DNA of 55,350 nucleotides, filler included, from Bipalium vagum (lineage: Eukaryota), in NCBI GenBank assembly GCA_037834085.1. It is 3 parts of 3 records of this genome, joined end to end, with 100 filler letters (N's around TTAATTAATTAA, not from the genome) between each part and the next. Parts side by side here need not be neighbours in the genome. Positions count along the whole stretch, not along the records: positions 18,426 to 38,110 come from JBBMKC010270216.1; positions 38,211 to 55,350 come from JBBMKC010077128.1; 1 more part is not named here. One strand, written 5' to 3'. The translations under genes and the position numbers were made by a program. The first letter of the stretch is position 1. Each line of letters starts with the position of its first letter. Below, in pieces: positions 28,895 through 39,510 of this stretch. The notes beneath the pieces are model-generated. The model was not told the DNA's origin and made no database searches. It saw nothing but the letters and a program-made list of their open reading frames with translations.

Positions 28895-29204
28895 TGTTAG
28901 TTGAAAATTAATCGGAGAAACCTGGATTCAAAACCAGGACCTTTCATATACACATGGACTGCTCTGACGCTGATCTATATTCCCCAACCAAATTTCAGTT
29001 TATCTGACATCCCCCTCCTTTAAAGCTCACACCTACGTCATAAACTGCACCGAGTCTCTTACTTCCATTTCTTTTTTCACTTCTGAGACTTCGTTCACTA
29101 GTTGGTTTTCTGGTGTGGTCACCATGTTAATTGAAAACTAATCAGAGATACCTGGATTCGAACCCGGGACCTTTCACATGCGAATTTTTTCAATTGATCT
29201 GATA
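28895..29204 (-). mobile_element. TRIM (non-autonomous miniature LTR retrotransposon) with tRNA-Ala-derived LTRs
   Basis: Minus strand: 5' LTR 29204-29125, PBS TGGTGACC at 29124, 115-bp internal region, PPT AAAGGAGGGGGA at 29021-29010, 3' LTR TGTCAG...CTAACA at 29009-28895. TSD CATTC at 28890-28894 and 29205-29209. The LTRs share 48/57 nt at their 3' ends. Confidence 0.85.
28913..28985 (-). pseudogene. tRNA-Ala(TGC)-derived sequence inside the TRIM 3' LTR
   Basis: GGGGAATATAGATCAGCGTCAGAGC...AGGTCCTGGTTTTGAATCCAGGTTTCTCC: acceptor stem, degenerate A and B boxes, T-stem. Resembles eukaryotic tRNA-Ala, but the anticodon stem is broken. Confidence 0.7.
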
Positions 29205-29730
29205 CATTCTGCGAAAATATTCAAAGAGAATTGATCACCAATCTAATTCCGCTTCCCTTGAGTTTGGGAGAACTTTTTACAAATATTGAACTCGGGAATC
29301 TGCGATTAATAAAAAAACAATTTACGTGGTTCACAAAAACCAATTCTTCATCAATGACAGTTTAAAGTAATCGACAGATGCGGGAAGCTCTCCATATAAT
29401 GTTGCCATGAGCAAACTTTTCAGGTAACCGATAGTTAATTGCGAGCAGAAAAGGTCAAAATTCTACGCAGCCTCTTGTCCAATCAGATTTTGGTTGAATG
29501 TCCAATTACAAACGAAAGTTTAAGTTTCTGATGGTTTTTTATTGATCTGATTAGATTTACTTTATTATTATCAAAGAAATGTTGAAATTGACTCCAAATG
29601 GAAGTCCAGAAAGGTTCTGTAGGTCAAATTGATGAACTGTCGTGATAAAATTTAAAAGTGCACTGATGCATAATGAATATATAATGAGCAATAGTGAGTG
29701 ATCGACCAGCTTATCAATGATCATAACTAC

Positions 29731-29812
29731 CTGGTGTAAGACTCCTGCATCTGAATCACTTCCGATGGAATGAACCGGACTCGAAAATAAAACGATTTCG
29801 ATGCAATGTCAG
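29731..29812 (-). CDS. PTPN4: PTPN4-like FERM exon 4
   Basis: 82-bp exon (T)DIASKSFYFRVRFIPSEVIQMQESYT(R), compared with PTPN4 FRVKFFVSDPNKLQEEYTR; CAG acceptor and GTAGTT donor. Confidence 0.9.
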
Positions 29813-29865
29813 CTGGTTGGAAATTATTCATTAAAATAAATTAATAAATCAAGTCAAACTGAAAC

Positions 29866-29908
29866 TTGTAATTTGCTTCCTTATCAATTTGTTCATTTTC
29901 AGCCATAT
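29866..29908 (-). CDS. PTPN4: PTPN4-like FERM exon 3
   Basis: 43-bp exon IWLKMNKLIRKQIT (FERM WL...K.IRKQ), flanked by 45-bp and 53-bp GT-AG introns; reading frame consistent. Confidence 0.88.
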
Positions 29909-29953
29909 CTAAAAACAATTATTGAAATAAGATTGACAAACATTTTTCAATAC

Positions 29954-30073
29954 GAGAATCGTTGAATTTGACTTTTCATCATCTTTTTTGTATTGGATTC
30001 CGAAGTAATCTCTTTCCATTATTTCCAGACAGTCACATACAGAATCAAGGAGATTTAAACCTTTTGCCTCAGT
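29954..30073 (-). CDS. PTPN4: PTPN4-like FERM exon 2
   Basis: Follows a 45-bp GT-AG intron. TEAKGLNLLDSVCDCLEIMERDYFGIQYKKDDEKSNSTIL carries the FERM-N G..LLD.V...L.+.E.DYFG+QY motif; phase 0 at both ends. Confidence 0.9.
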
Positions 30074-30118
30074 CTTTACATAGACATAATTTGCTTATTA
30101 AATCTGTGATAAACTTAC

Positions 30119-30238
30119 GCTTAAATTAAAAACTTCTGTAGTTTCATCAAGAAGTTTGACTTTGACCTTAATAGAGGAATATAATAATTCTTTATTTGCT
30201 CTTTCAGCTGCAGCGATGTTGTAACTTTTATTAAACAT
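30119..30238 (-). CDS. PTPN4: PTPN3/PTPN4 (Ptpmeg)-like FERM-domain protein, coding exon 1
   Basis: ATG at 30238. Translation MFNKSYNIAAAERANKELLYSSIKVKVKLLDETTEVFNLS, then a GTAAGT donor. SYNIAAAERA resembles the PTPN4 N-terminal TYNVRASELA, and VKLLD starts FERM-N. Confidence 0.85.
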
Positions 30239-32357
30239 AGATAAGCTAAATTGTTATTAATATTGAAATAAAATTTTAAAATATATTACTAGATCAAAAT
30301 TTTAAATAAAATAAAACAACTTTTTCTATAATAAGAAATCACGGCTAAATCTTTAATATGCCACTGGAGGTAATTTACCGCTTTATAAATTTAAATAATA
30401 ATTATTTATTAACCTTGAGATTTTGAAAGAATATAAATTTAAACAATTTCGTGAAGTTTGAAATAATTTTGGAATTAATTGTGTTTGATGTTTTATTACA
30501 TTTATTAGAAAAGTTCAAAGAGGTTTAAAACACTAAGAATTAAATCAGTAAATATTAAAAATTGTAAAAAAATTGGTAACTTAATTAATAAATTGTTAAT
30601 CTTTAAAGAAACTTTTATTGATTATAAAATATATTTAATTTTGAAATCAAAAGTTAGCGATATACACATGATATTGCTCAATAATAGATCTAATTTTTAT
30701 TAAGTCTCTATTTTTAGTCTAAAATTTCTAATATCAAGATGCAAATAAAGGTTCAACAACCGGACTCAATGTATGAATTAAGCAAGACTGAAGTGCTACA
30801 GTGATTTACCAGGTAAGCTAATAAAATGAAAGAAGCCAAGAAAGTTCGAAAACAAGAGAAAAAAGTGATGCAGAACGGTGATAATGATGAATTACTGAGT
30901 GCAATCAAATGGGACCTGGTTGAGTGACCGGGGTTTTATCACTCTAAAAAAGGTGCATCATACGCGACTTTGGTTGATAAATAATCATCATTTGTATAAT
31001 CATAAAATAAAAATTCTGGTGGACAGTACACGCTATTATTAGTAGTTTATTTTGATAATTTTTTAAACAAAACGATAAAAATTAGTAGAAAATACATTTG
31101 TCCAAATGCTTTTAATCGTATTTTTATCGAAGATGAATTAATTGTAATAAATGAAACTACAGAATATTTTTATGAATTATATAGACAAGGAAGACATGAA
31201 GAATTGCCAAAAGGTTAAATTGATCTTTAGATGAGATATTGATGATTAGAGTTGAGATACCAAAACAGTTACAGGTTGATAAAGAATGCAAAAGTTTGTT
31301 TTCATACTAACCCTAGGCGGAAGGACACAAAATCAAAATATCTGCTAATTATAATAAATATATACTATCTATTTAAGCTCTGTCAGTACGATTGTATATA
31401 GAAATGGAGTTACATCATGAACACTATTCCAGAGCGCTTATCTTTTTTGAAGGGTATCTTCACCATCCATCATCTAATAGCCAATAGTAGTTACCTGCTC
31501 AACACATTTCATTTATGAATCATCTTGGTTGTATCTTTACAGTGTCTTCTCTGAATCTATGTCCAGAGTAAGGCCCTCTTCAGGATTCACTGTGTAAGAT
31601 CAGAGTTTGCCTTGAAACTATGTTAGTTATCAACCTTCTGAATGTTTCATTGCTAAAACGTGGAGTGAGTTTCCAGACTTATTGAGCCTAGAATCGCTAA
31701 ACAACTGTCACAGACAAGATCTTTCCGAAATTAATCATTTTAGAATCCATACAAGAATAATTAACGTTTAGCAACATTGACATAATTTTCATTTTTAGAT
31801 TTAAGAAAGCATATTGCATGTGTAGAATAAAATATGAAATATTTGCGGTGTTAATATTTGTAAGTTGGGTAGTTTGAGAATAAAATTCAAATTCTTTATT
31901 TTAATCAAATCCTAAACTATCACAATTCAAAATTCGTTTGATTTAAAAATTTTTGCTTTTATACTAAATACATTTTAATGTAACGGTTTCTAGAATCATA
32001 TAAATATTTTTTCTATACTTATTGTTTTTTTCCACTATAATTCTGCTCATTGAAAACTTAATAAAATTTTAAGTGAATTCATTTTCATAGCCGTATTTGT
32101 AAGACTGTGAAACTAATAAATGAATAAGAAAATGGAATTTATATATACCGTATGTTAACTAATATTGTGAACAAAAAATTATGAAGATAAAAACATGTAT
32201 TAGGGCAAACAGTTTCCTTATTTTAAACATTACAATTATAAAAAGAATAGACATGAACAAATACTATGAGATTTTAGTCTCTAATAATCCATCAATTATT
32301 CTAGACTAAAATAGTATTTATTAATTAGTTACATTTTAAAATTTCATTTTCTGATAA

Positions 32358-32690
32358 TGTCAGTATCCGCTAATTTTTTATGGTTGCATCAACCTTTTTT
32401 TAGATATATTGGTTGTTTACATGGCTTTGTATTTATAGGTTCTCTTTTTACCACTAATCTTATGTACTGCCAAATTAGTGCAGCGACATCCCAACTATCT
32501 GCCTTAAATACTCCTCGATATCTCCGAATAACTTTTCAAGCTTATTCTTATAATTATCGCTTAGCCATTAAAATTTCTAAGGCTCTCTATACGGTTCAGC
32601 ATCTTTGTAGCTCAGTGGTCAGAGCAGTCCATGTGCATGTAAAGGTCCCGGGTTCGAATCCCGGTATCTCAGAATAATTTTCAACTAACA
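32358..32690 (+). mobile_element. 333-bp LTR with tRNA-Ala-derived 3' end (solo or 5' LTR)
   Basis: Starts TGTCAG and ends TTTTCAACTAACA, the same termini as the TRIM LTR. Contains intact TAGCTCAGTGG (A box) and GGTTCGAATCC (B box). Followed by TAGGTGATCC, possibly a decayed PBS. Confidence 0.75.
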
Positions 32691-32729
32691 TAGGTGATCC
32701 ATGTTTCATCTCAAGTAATCATTTTTATA

Positions 32730-33303
32730 AGAAAAGGATCTTTTCTTTTCAATAAGGAATAACAAATGGAAATTCTCCTGATTAAATCCTATTTTGATAA
32801 CTTATGAGGCCCCCAATTATCAAGCTTCTTCTTGTTACCAAATTTATTGAGATGACCTTAAACCGATCCTTGGCAATGTCATAACTGGTTATGTGCCGGT
32901 TTTGATTGATTAGTTCAATGATTTCGTCGTCTTTTTCTGCGATTGGTCGGCCCTAACGGGGTGCAAATTTTTCGAATCACTCTCGAACCGTTCTTTCTGA
33001 AACACCATTAAACCCAAAACCGTACATATTAATTTGGTGGCATGACTCGTATTTTTCTTTTTCAAAAAATAGAATTTCATGATACATCGAATTTCTTCTT
33101 TATTTTGAATTTTTTGCGACATCTCAAAACAAAACAAAAAAAAACAAATGATATTATTAAAAAGAACTTATGATTTACCTATTCTAGCTAATTGATTTTA
33201 TTATTTGAATTCTTAAAATTATTTTCAAATTTATAATAAATTGTAACTAAACTTAAACTAACCGATCACAAAAACGGCGGAAACTTTTTAGGTTACCCAT
33301 TAT
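32730..33303 (-). mobile_element. Mariner 5' part
   Basis: KEEIRCIMKFYFLKKKNTSHATKLICTV; TIR-like ...AACTTTTTAGGTTACCCATTA at about 33270-33303. Confidence 0.8.
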
Positions 33304-33804
33304 ATTGCTTTGTTTTGATAATTTGTTGATAATTTCCGGACCGAAGGTATAATATAATAATTTAATATAGTAATATGATAAAATATATAATATTTCGTAG
33401 AAATCGGACTCCTCAAGTACATGATTACATTAAACTATTCACTCTGGATTGTCTTAAAATGTTGAAATTTTTTTGACAGAACAGGATCATTATTAATTCT
33501 CACATAAAATCAAACCCAAAATCAAATTACTATAATTAACATGGTTTTTTTATGAGACCTCAAACATGACATTAAATATAATGGTTTTGTATTATAACTT
33601 TCACATTTTCATTGGTTCAAAAAATAACAAATATCTCATAATTAGCATATATAACAATCAATAAACTCTTTCCACATATCAATCTGTGCTTTCAAAAATG
33701 TCTTTCCACTTTTCTTTTTATGGTTTTGGATGAGTTCAGTACTGAATTAGATGAGTTATTTTTTAATTAGATAAAAATCATTTTTATAATCATTTCAATT
33801 CAAT

Positions 33805-33880
33805 CTAATATGACTGAACAGATGGAAAATCAGATGGAATAGGAGGAGGAGCAGTTTTCGGGGGTTCGGTTGACGTTGTC
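33805..33880 (-). CDS. Candidate terminal exon of the PTB-domain gene
   Basis: TAG acceptor, phase compatible with the 36494 donor. Reads TTSTEPPKTAPPPIPSDFPSVQSY* (proline-rich). Confidence 0.35.
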
Positions 33881-35324
33881 CTATTATTATACAAATGAAA
33901 AATAAATAAATAACGGAATCTGTAAAATATCGTCTATTTTAATTATGTATCATAATAAAAGCTTTTCATTAAACATTTATTGTTACAGTTGGATGACTTA
34001 AATCCCTATGACAATTAATATGGAGACATTTGGCAATTTATTAAGAGAAAATTTGGAAAATATTAATAATTGGTGTTCATCGAATGTCCAAAAAATATTT
34101 ATTAATAACTTATGGTAAAAATTTTGATTTTCATTGAATTTTCTCTTTTTAAGGTGTTAGAACTTTTTCCAGACATCAATTATGATAATGCTTGTACTCA
34201 TAAATGTCTTATTACCAATAACCTTTTTGAACAGCAAGAAATTTTTTTGTTAAACAGTTTGAACCTATGTGTTCTGTAATTTAGAATTTGACAGACAGGG
34301 AATTAAAATAACACCTAACGGTAATTATTCATTTTGAAAAAATAGTGTTTGATTAAGAAAATTGTTGTTTTTGCAGGTTACAGTAATCAATTAGTGAGAA
34401 AAGAATAATATTGTCACAGGTTAAAATTTTTGACCAAAGGCTTATCGTTTATTATCAATTTTGTGAAGTATTTTTAAAGAGATAGTGTGGTATGTTCAGT
34501 TTTAATTTTACATGTTTAAATTGCACAAATGTGAAGACCGTGATTGATTTTTTATATTGCCGATAAAGAATGGAACGAACTAATAAAAGGATCTGGTTAA
34601 TACAATAATTGGTGAGGTTATTTTATTTTGTCTGAATTCTTTTTTTCATTGTAAATTTTTTGAGTATAATAGACCATTGGAATTTTTAATTTGAAAATCA
34701 TATTTTAAAGTTGTGGCTTTATCAATATAATATTTTAAACAATAACTATTTAAAATTTAATGAAGGTACTTTATTTTAAGTTATTATCTCTTATAAAACT
34801 TAATTTTAAAGTTAAATAAGGAACTTAAATGTATAATCATAAATTTATAACGACATATTGAATTTTCGACCATATTTATGTTGTTAGAGGAAATATTTAC
34901 ACACTTAGAATTTAAAGCAAATTGAATATTTTGGTTTATTGTTCCGCCATTAATAAACGTTATTATCTTGTGTTTTTATTGAGGGCGTGTAAGTATAGGA
35001 ACACAACTAAATTAATAAAGGTGTTTGGTTTATCAAAGGCACAAACCCTATAGATTATGATTAATAATAATATTAATTAAGAAAAGTTAAACTTTTAAAA
35101 ATGAAAATAATATTAAAAGTAAAGTAGGGAGATTTTCAATTACTGAAGACTTTATTTGCGGAGGAGATTCCAGTAATTTCTCTTATTTTTGATGATGCAC
35201 ATGCAAGAGGATATAACAATGGGACCCAAAAAGTTTGGGAATCTGTAGGTGACCCGAAAAGGACCAGGTGAGAATATTATCGATTTTGTTTTTGTTCTTT
35301 CTGGACAGATCTACTATTGAAAGC

Positions 35325-35700
35325 CAAGGTAAATGGATACCATATGTATTGACCGAAAAACAGAAAGAAAACCGTAAAACGGTTTACAAATTGCCTCTCA
35401 TTTTCACATCGAATTGTAACCCGTGATGAAAATGGGTGTGATATGAGAACCCTAAGCGAAAGAAATCGTGGAAAATATTTGGTGGAACAAAATGGGAATT
35501 GTGTACTATGACTTACAGAAACTACCCAAAACTTTAACTGATAAATGGTATCAATAACAATCACTCAATGAAAATTGTTCACAATAAAATTATTTTACAA
35601 AAAGATAATCCTAGGCCACATGTTGCAATCTGTGTAAAAGGAACTTTGAAAACACTTAGTCTTATCCAACCGCGTACTCACCAGACATTGCATCACTTTA
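35325..35700 (+). mobile_element. Mariner core fragment
   Basis: GKWIPYVLTEKQKENRK, HRIVTRDE, DNPRPHVA, YSPDIAS. Confidence 0.8.
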
Positions 35701-35709
35701 AAATTAATA

Positions 35710-36272
35710 TATTAAGTCACCTGAAAAGCCCTATGGATTTTTAATGGACTGTTTTAATTTTATTACTGTTGATTTATGTTTCACTTGTTTAAATAAATTA
35801 ATAAAATAAAAACAATGGTTGAAATAATACCAAAGTATTTTACATTATTATTTATTAATTTCTTAAGATTAAGAAATGGAACTGTTAAATTATCATTATT
35901 GATGTTTACTGATTTTTTTATTTTAAGAAGAGTAAGTGCTCCCAAAATTATCACCAATAAAATTTGTGAAGTCTACAGACAAGAATCTTATGACTCAACC
36001 ACCATACTCAGATGACCTCACCCCGTTGGATTATCATTTTTTATCCTTTCAAAACTCATTAAGCAGTACAAAGTTTGATTTATCAGAGGCCATCAAAAAC
36101 CCTTAAATGACTTCTTCCCAAATAAGCACTATTTGAGAGACTTTTCAACAACCAGGCCGATGGCGAATAAACTGGATTAAGAATATTTGTTAAATAAGTG
36201 TTTAAAGGTTGTGGATTTTGTTTTTAGATTTACTTAGTCAAAATTCACAGGACTATTTGTATGGCCTAATAA
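35710..36272 (+). mobile_element. Internally deleted mariner
   Basis: TNKICEVY joined to PPYSDDLTPLDYHF; TIR ...GGACTATTTGTATGGCCTAATA. Confidence 0.7.
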
Positions 36273-36493
36273 AATGAAAATTATTTAATTCTTATAAGGT
36301 ATAAAATGAAATTTATTGTTCTCAACATTAGACAATGTGAAATATCGGTATCAGGAGATAATAAAAACAAAAGTTAAGTGAAGTAACGATTATTATTTAA
36401 AAATAAATAAGACATTCATAAAATCTATAATGTTATGAGATAACGATTTTTATCATGGATAAATGATATTAAATTAATATTTTAAAAACTAAC

Positions 36494-36766
36494 CTATTTA
36501 AACATTGCTGTAACTCTTCTGGCTGTGCTCCATATAATTGGTTTTGAGCTGCGTTATATATCATAAGTTGGTTGTTTTTGTTTTCTTGGGTTACATTTTT
36601 CAATAACTCACTTTTTCGATTATTTATATTTTTCAAATTATTTTTTGTGTTTAGTAATTCTTTTAAGATTTCTTTTCCTTTATTCACTTTGAAAGACAGG
36701 AAACCTTGACCATCATTACAAAATTTCCCGAGTTCAACGAAAAGCTCATTTTCATGTTCCCCAAAT
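36494..36766 (-). CDS. Internal exon of an IRS/DOK/FRS2-type PTB-domain adaptor protein
   Basis: TCTAG acceptor and GTTAGT donor bound a 273-bp open exon. FGEHENELFVELGKFCNDGQGFLSFKVNKGKEILKEL matches the IRS-type PTB pattern R.G....F.+E.G+.C..G.G.F.F....G.+I. Confidence 0.6.
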
Positions 36767-37117
36767 CTAGAGTAAAATATGTACACATTTTCAATCAACA
36801 AACATATATATATCAAATAATTTAAATAAATAAGTTAAATAAAATTAATTTTCTATGATATTTAAATTTCTTGTGTGATTTTAGTTTCTCCATGTGAATT
36901 TAATCAATAAATTCTAAGCTAAACCAATTTGATATAATTTATGTCATGAAACACTACGACAAACGTGTTAAGGATGTTTACCACGTTATTTGTATTATAA
37001 TAACAATGTTATATAATCTCTATAGAAATGATGTTCAATCCAATAATTGCAATCAATCAGTTTTAATTTAATCAATATTGTACGTAAATTAGTCATAAGA
37101 AAGTTTTATATATAGAC

Positions 37118-37171
37118 TTCTTAAAATAATTTCTCAAAATATTCCATTGTTGAATTGGAAATTTCGTTTTT
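37118..37171 (-). CDS. Candidate preceding PTB exon
   Basis: TTTAG acceptor, weak GTCTAT donor. KTKFPIQQWNILRNYFK joins in frame to FGEH and supplies the conserved PTB tryptophan. Confidence 0.35.
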
Positions 37172-37219
37172 CTAAAAATGAAATTTATTATAAAGACAAA
37201 ATAAACACATCTTAGTCCA

Positions 37220-37690
37220 CCTGATATCAATGACTGCCACTTTTTGGTTGTTTTATTATATGAGATTCACTTTTCTTCCGATATAACGATTAATTATAAG
37301 AAACCGCTGTTTTGGGCACTGCGGAGAAGAATTCCGACCATTGTGACTCGTGCAGCGTTGTTTGCATCAGTGAGGTGATGCGGCACTCATTTTCCGCACC
37401 GGTTATTCTTTCCCATTGAATGCAAGTGCAATTTAATGGGAAAATAATGACAACTAAATCTCTTCTCCAGTTGACGACCAGTTATCGTTAAGTCTAACTC
37501 AATGGGTGTCTTCAATTTCTCATTATCGTTGACTTCTAGAACGTTTTCCATGTTCCATGTCTTCAAGGCTTTTATTACCTTATTATAAACGTTGGTCCTA
37601 CCACTGGCATTTTCGTAAGGTTTTGACATTCTTACTAAATACATGACATAGAATGCCATGAGATTGAATTCTTTCTTTGTTTATAGTCAT
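37220..37690 (-). mobile_element. Mariner fragment
   Basis: HLHSMGKNNRCGK*VPHHLTDAN...IVISEEK*ISYN (WVPH and DEKW motifs broken by stops). Confidence 0.85.
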
Positions 37691-38035
37691 ATAGGAGATA
37701 TATTAATATACGATATTTTTGCTTAATCATATCTACAATGCTTTTTACATTCGAAAAATCAATTAAACATTGATATACAATAAAAATAAATTCACCGAAG
37801 ACTATCCTTCAAAATGAATATTTAATCAAACAGAATTAATGTTTGTGATATTACCAATTGAACAATTTAATATAATGAATGATAAATATAAACCATTCGA
37901 CATAAATTGTTATATAAGTATTTTTCTTTAAATATAATAAATAAATTAATAATAATATTATACTTAAAATTAAAATCAAAATAATTCTTGAAATCAACTT
38001 CGATTAATTAATTAATTCAGTAATTATTTAATCTC

Positions 38036-38037
<2 letters not shown>

Positions 38038-38110
<73 letters not shown>
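38038..38110. repeat. (ATT)n microsatellite abutting a gap
   Basis: Directly visible. Confidence 0.95.
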
Positions 38111-38210
38111 NNNNNNNNNNNNNNNNNNNNNNNNNNNNNNNNNNNNNNNNNNNNTTAATTAATTAANNNNNNNNNNNNNNNNNNNNNNNNNNNNNNNNNN
38201 NNNNNNNNNN
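38111..38210. other. Assembly gap with synthetic TTAATTAATTAA linker
   Basis: 44 N, TTAATTAATTAA, 44 N. Confidence 0.97.
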
Positions 38211-38599
38211 AAATATGGTATATTAAAATAGCATAGAAATATTTGACCTTACATTGTTTTATATGTGCTGCTTTCAGAACTTTTCACTCAACCTATATAA
38301 AATGACATAAAAAGAGTCAAAATATAAAATATAAAATATTTGCTTTTTCATGCAAATGTTTAAAATAAAAATGTAATAAAAATATTTGTTAATTGTCAAT
38401 AATAAGCTTTGGAGAATCATCCTCCATAAGCTCTTGCTCTGGTTGTAGCGGTTCCGTCTCCTTTGCAGGCTTTGAATTTGAGTTGATTGGTGCTGGGACC
38501 TCTTTTTCTATGGATCCCAACACATATAACTTACTATTGATAGATATTGATACATTTAATTTTGGTATTTGGAGGCTAGAATAGAGAAAATTTAATTGC

Positions 38600-39510
38600 T
38601 GTCATCATCTTAATTCTAGTTTCTCAGTCTTCAAGTAAAACTCTTTTTTTGAAACAATCCAGTTATTGATTCAGTTCTGAAGTTCTTCACCGGAACTGAA
38701 CGCTCCTCACAAAGTACTGATTATATAAAGCAGAATAAATAGACATCCCAAGAAGCAATGAAGGTGAATATCACGGGTCAAGTATGATATCCAAGTTTTA
38801 TATCTTTTAAGTAATTCTGAGTAGTTAAATGAACATGTGATTTAGGGTTATCATGTTACAAAACTGTCTTTTCATACGTGTCCCCAAAATCTGGTCATTT
38901 CTCAAATTTCAAATTTTTTTTCAGATCGCCTTAAATAGATAGTTTTCACTAGTAACGGTTACTAAGTGTCTTACACCTTTTAATCTTACCAGATACACAA
39001 CATAATTCTAAACCCACAGAAATATTTTTGGTCTTGATGTACTAGATTCTTTAGCTTCACTCAAGATGCTTTGCGTTTATGATTTTCATAGTAAATTCAT
39101 TTTTTGTTTTCTTTAATAATTCTATATATAACAAAAATTATTTTCTTTCTGTCTTTGAAGAACATCACAAATTGTATTTTGGCCTTTCAATGTCTCTTTT
39201 TGTCAATCAATGTGGGAACCAATTACAAATTTTTTTATCATTCCCATGATTGTTACACCTTGCTAGATACATATTGAGTAAAATTATATTCAGCGGTCAG
39301 TTCAGATTGTGTTTGACATGGATCTTCACGTAGCAAAAATTAGTCAATTTTTATCTTTAAAGATTTTGTGTTTTACCAAGATCTTTTTCTTCCTTCAATT
39401 GGAAAAACAAATCCTTGTATTGTCAAAGCAGAACAGGTGTGTGTATCACAAATCTATAGAACCAAGCAGTGAGCTTCTGCTGCGGTTTTATTAATTTTAT
39501 TATTCTACAT
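38600..39510 (-). mobile_element. Decayed Mos1 (mauritiana)-like mariner
   Basis: KTAAEAH, GMIKKICNWFPH.LTKRDIER, IMLCIW, HDNPKSHVHLTTQNYLK and YSP motifs in the expected order. Confidence 0.85.

Noticed and set aside
28895-29204. Two tandem tRNA-derived SINEs
   Set aside because: There are no A-rich tails. TG..CA ends, PBS, PPT and one TSD around both copies fit an LTR element.
29408-29425. miR-87-like sequence TGAGCAAACTTTTCAGGT
   Set aside because: The upstream arm pairs poorly; no convincing pre-miRNA hairpin.
32600-32672. Functional tRNA gene
   Set aside because: The 5' acceptor strand and anticodon stem do not pair, and the sequence is embedded in an LTR with two related copies nearby.
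32357-32677. 106-aa ORF
   Set aside because: Coincides with the LTR and tRNA-like sequence; no protein motif.
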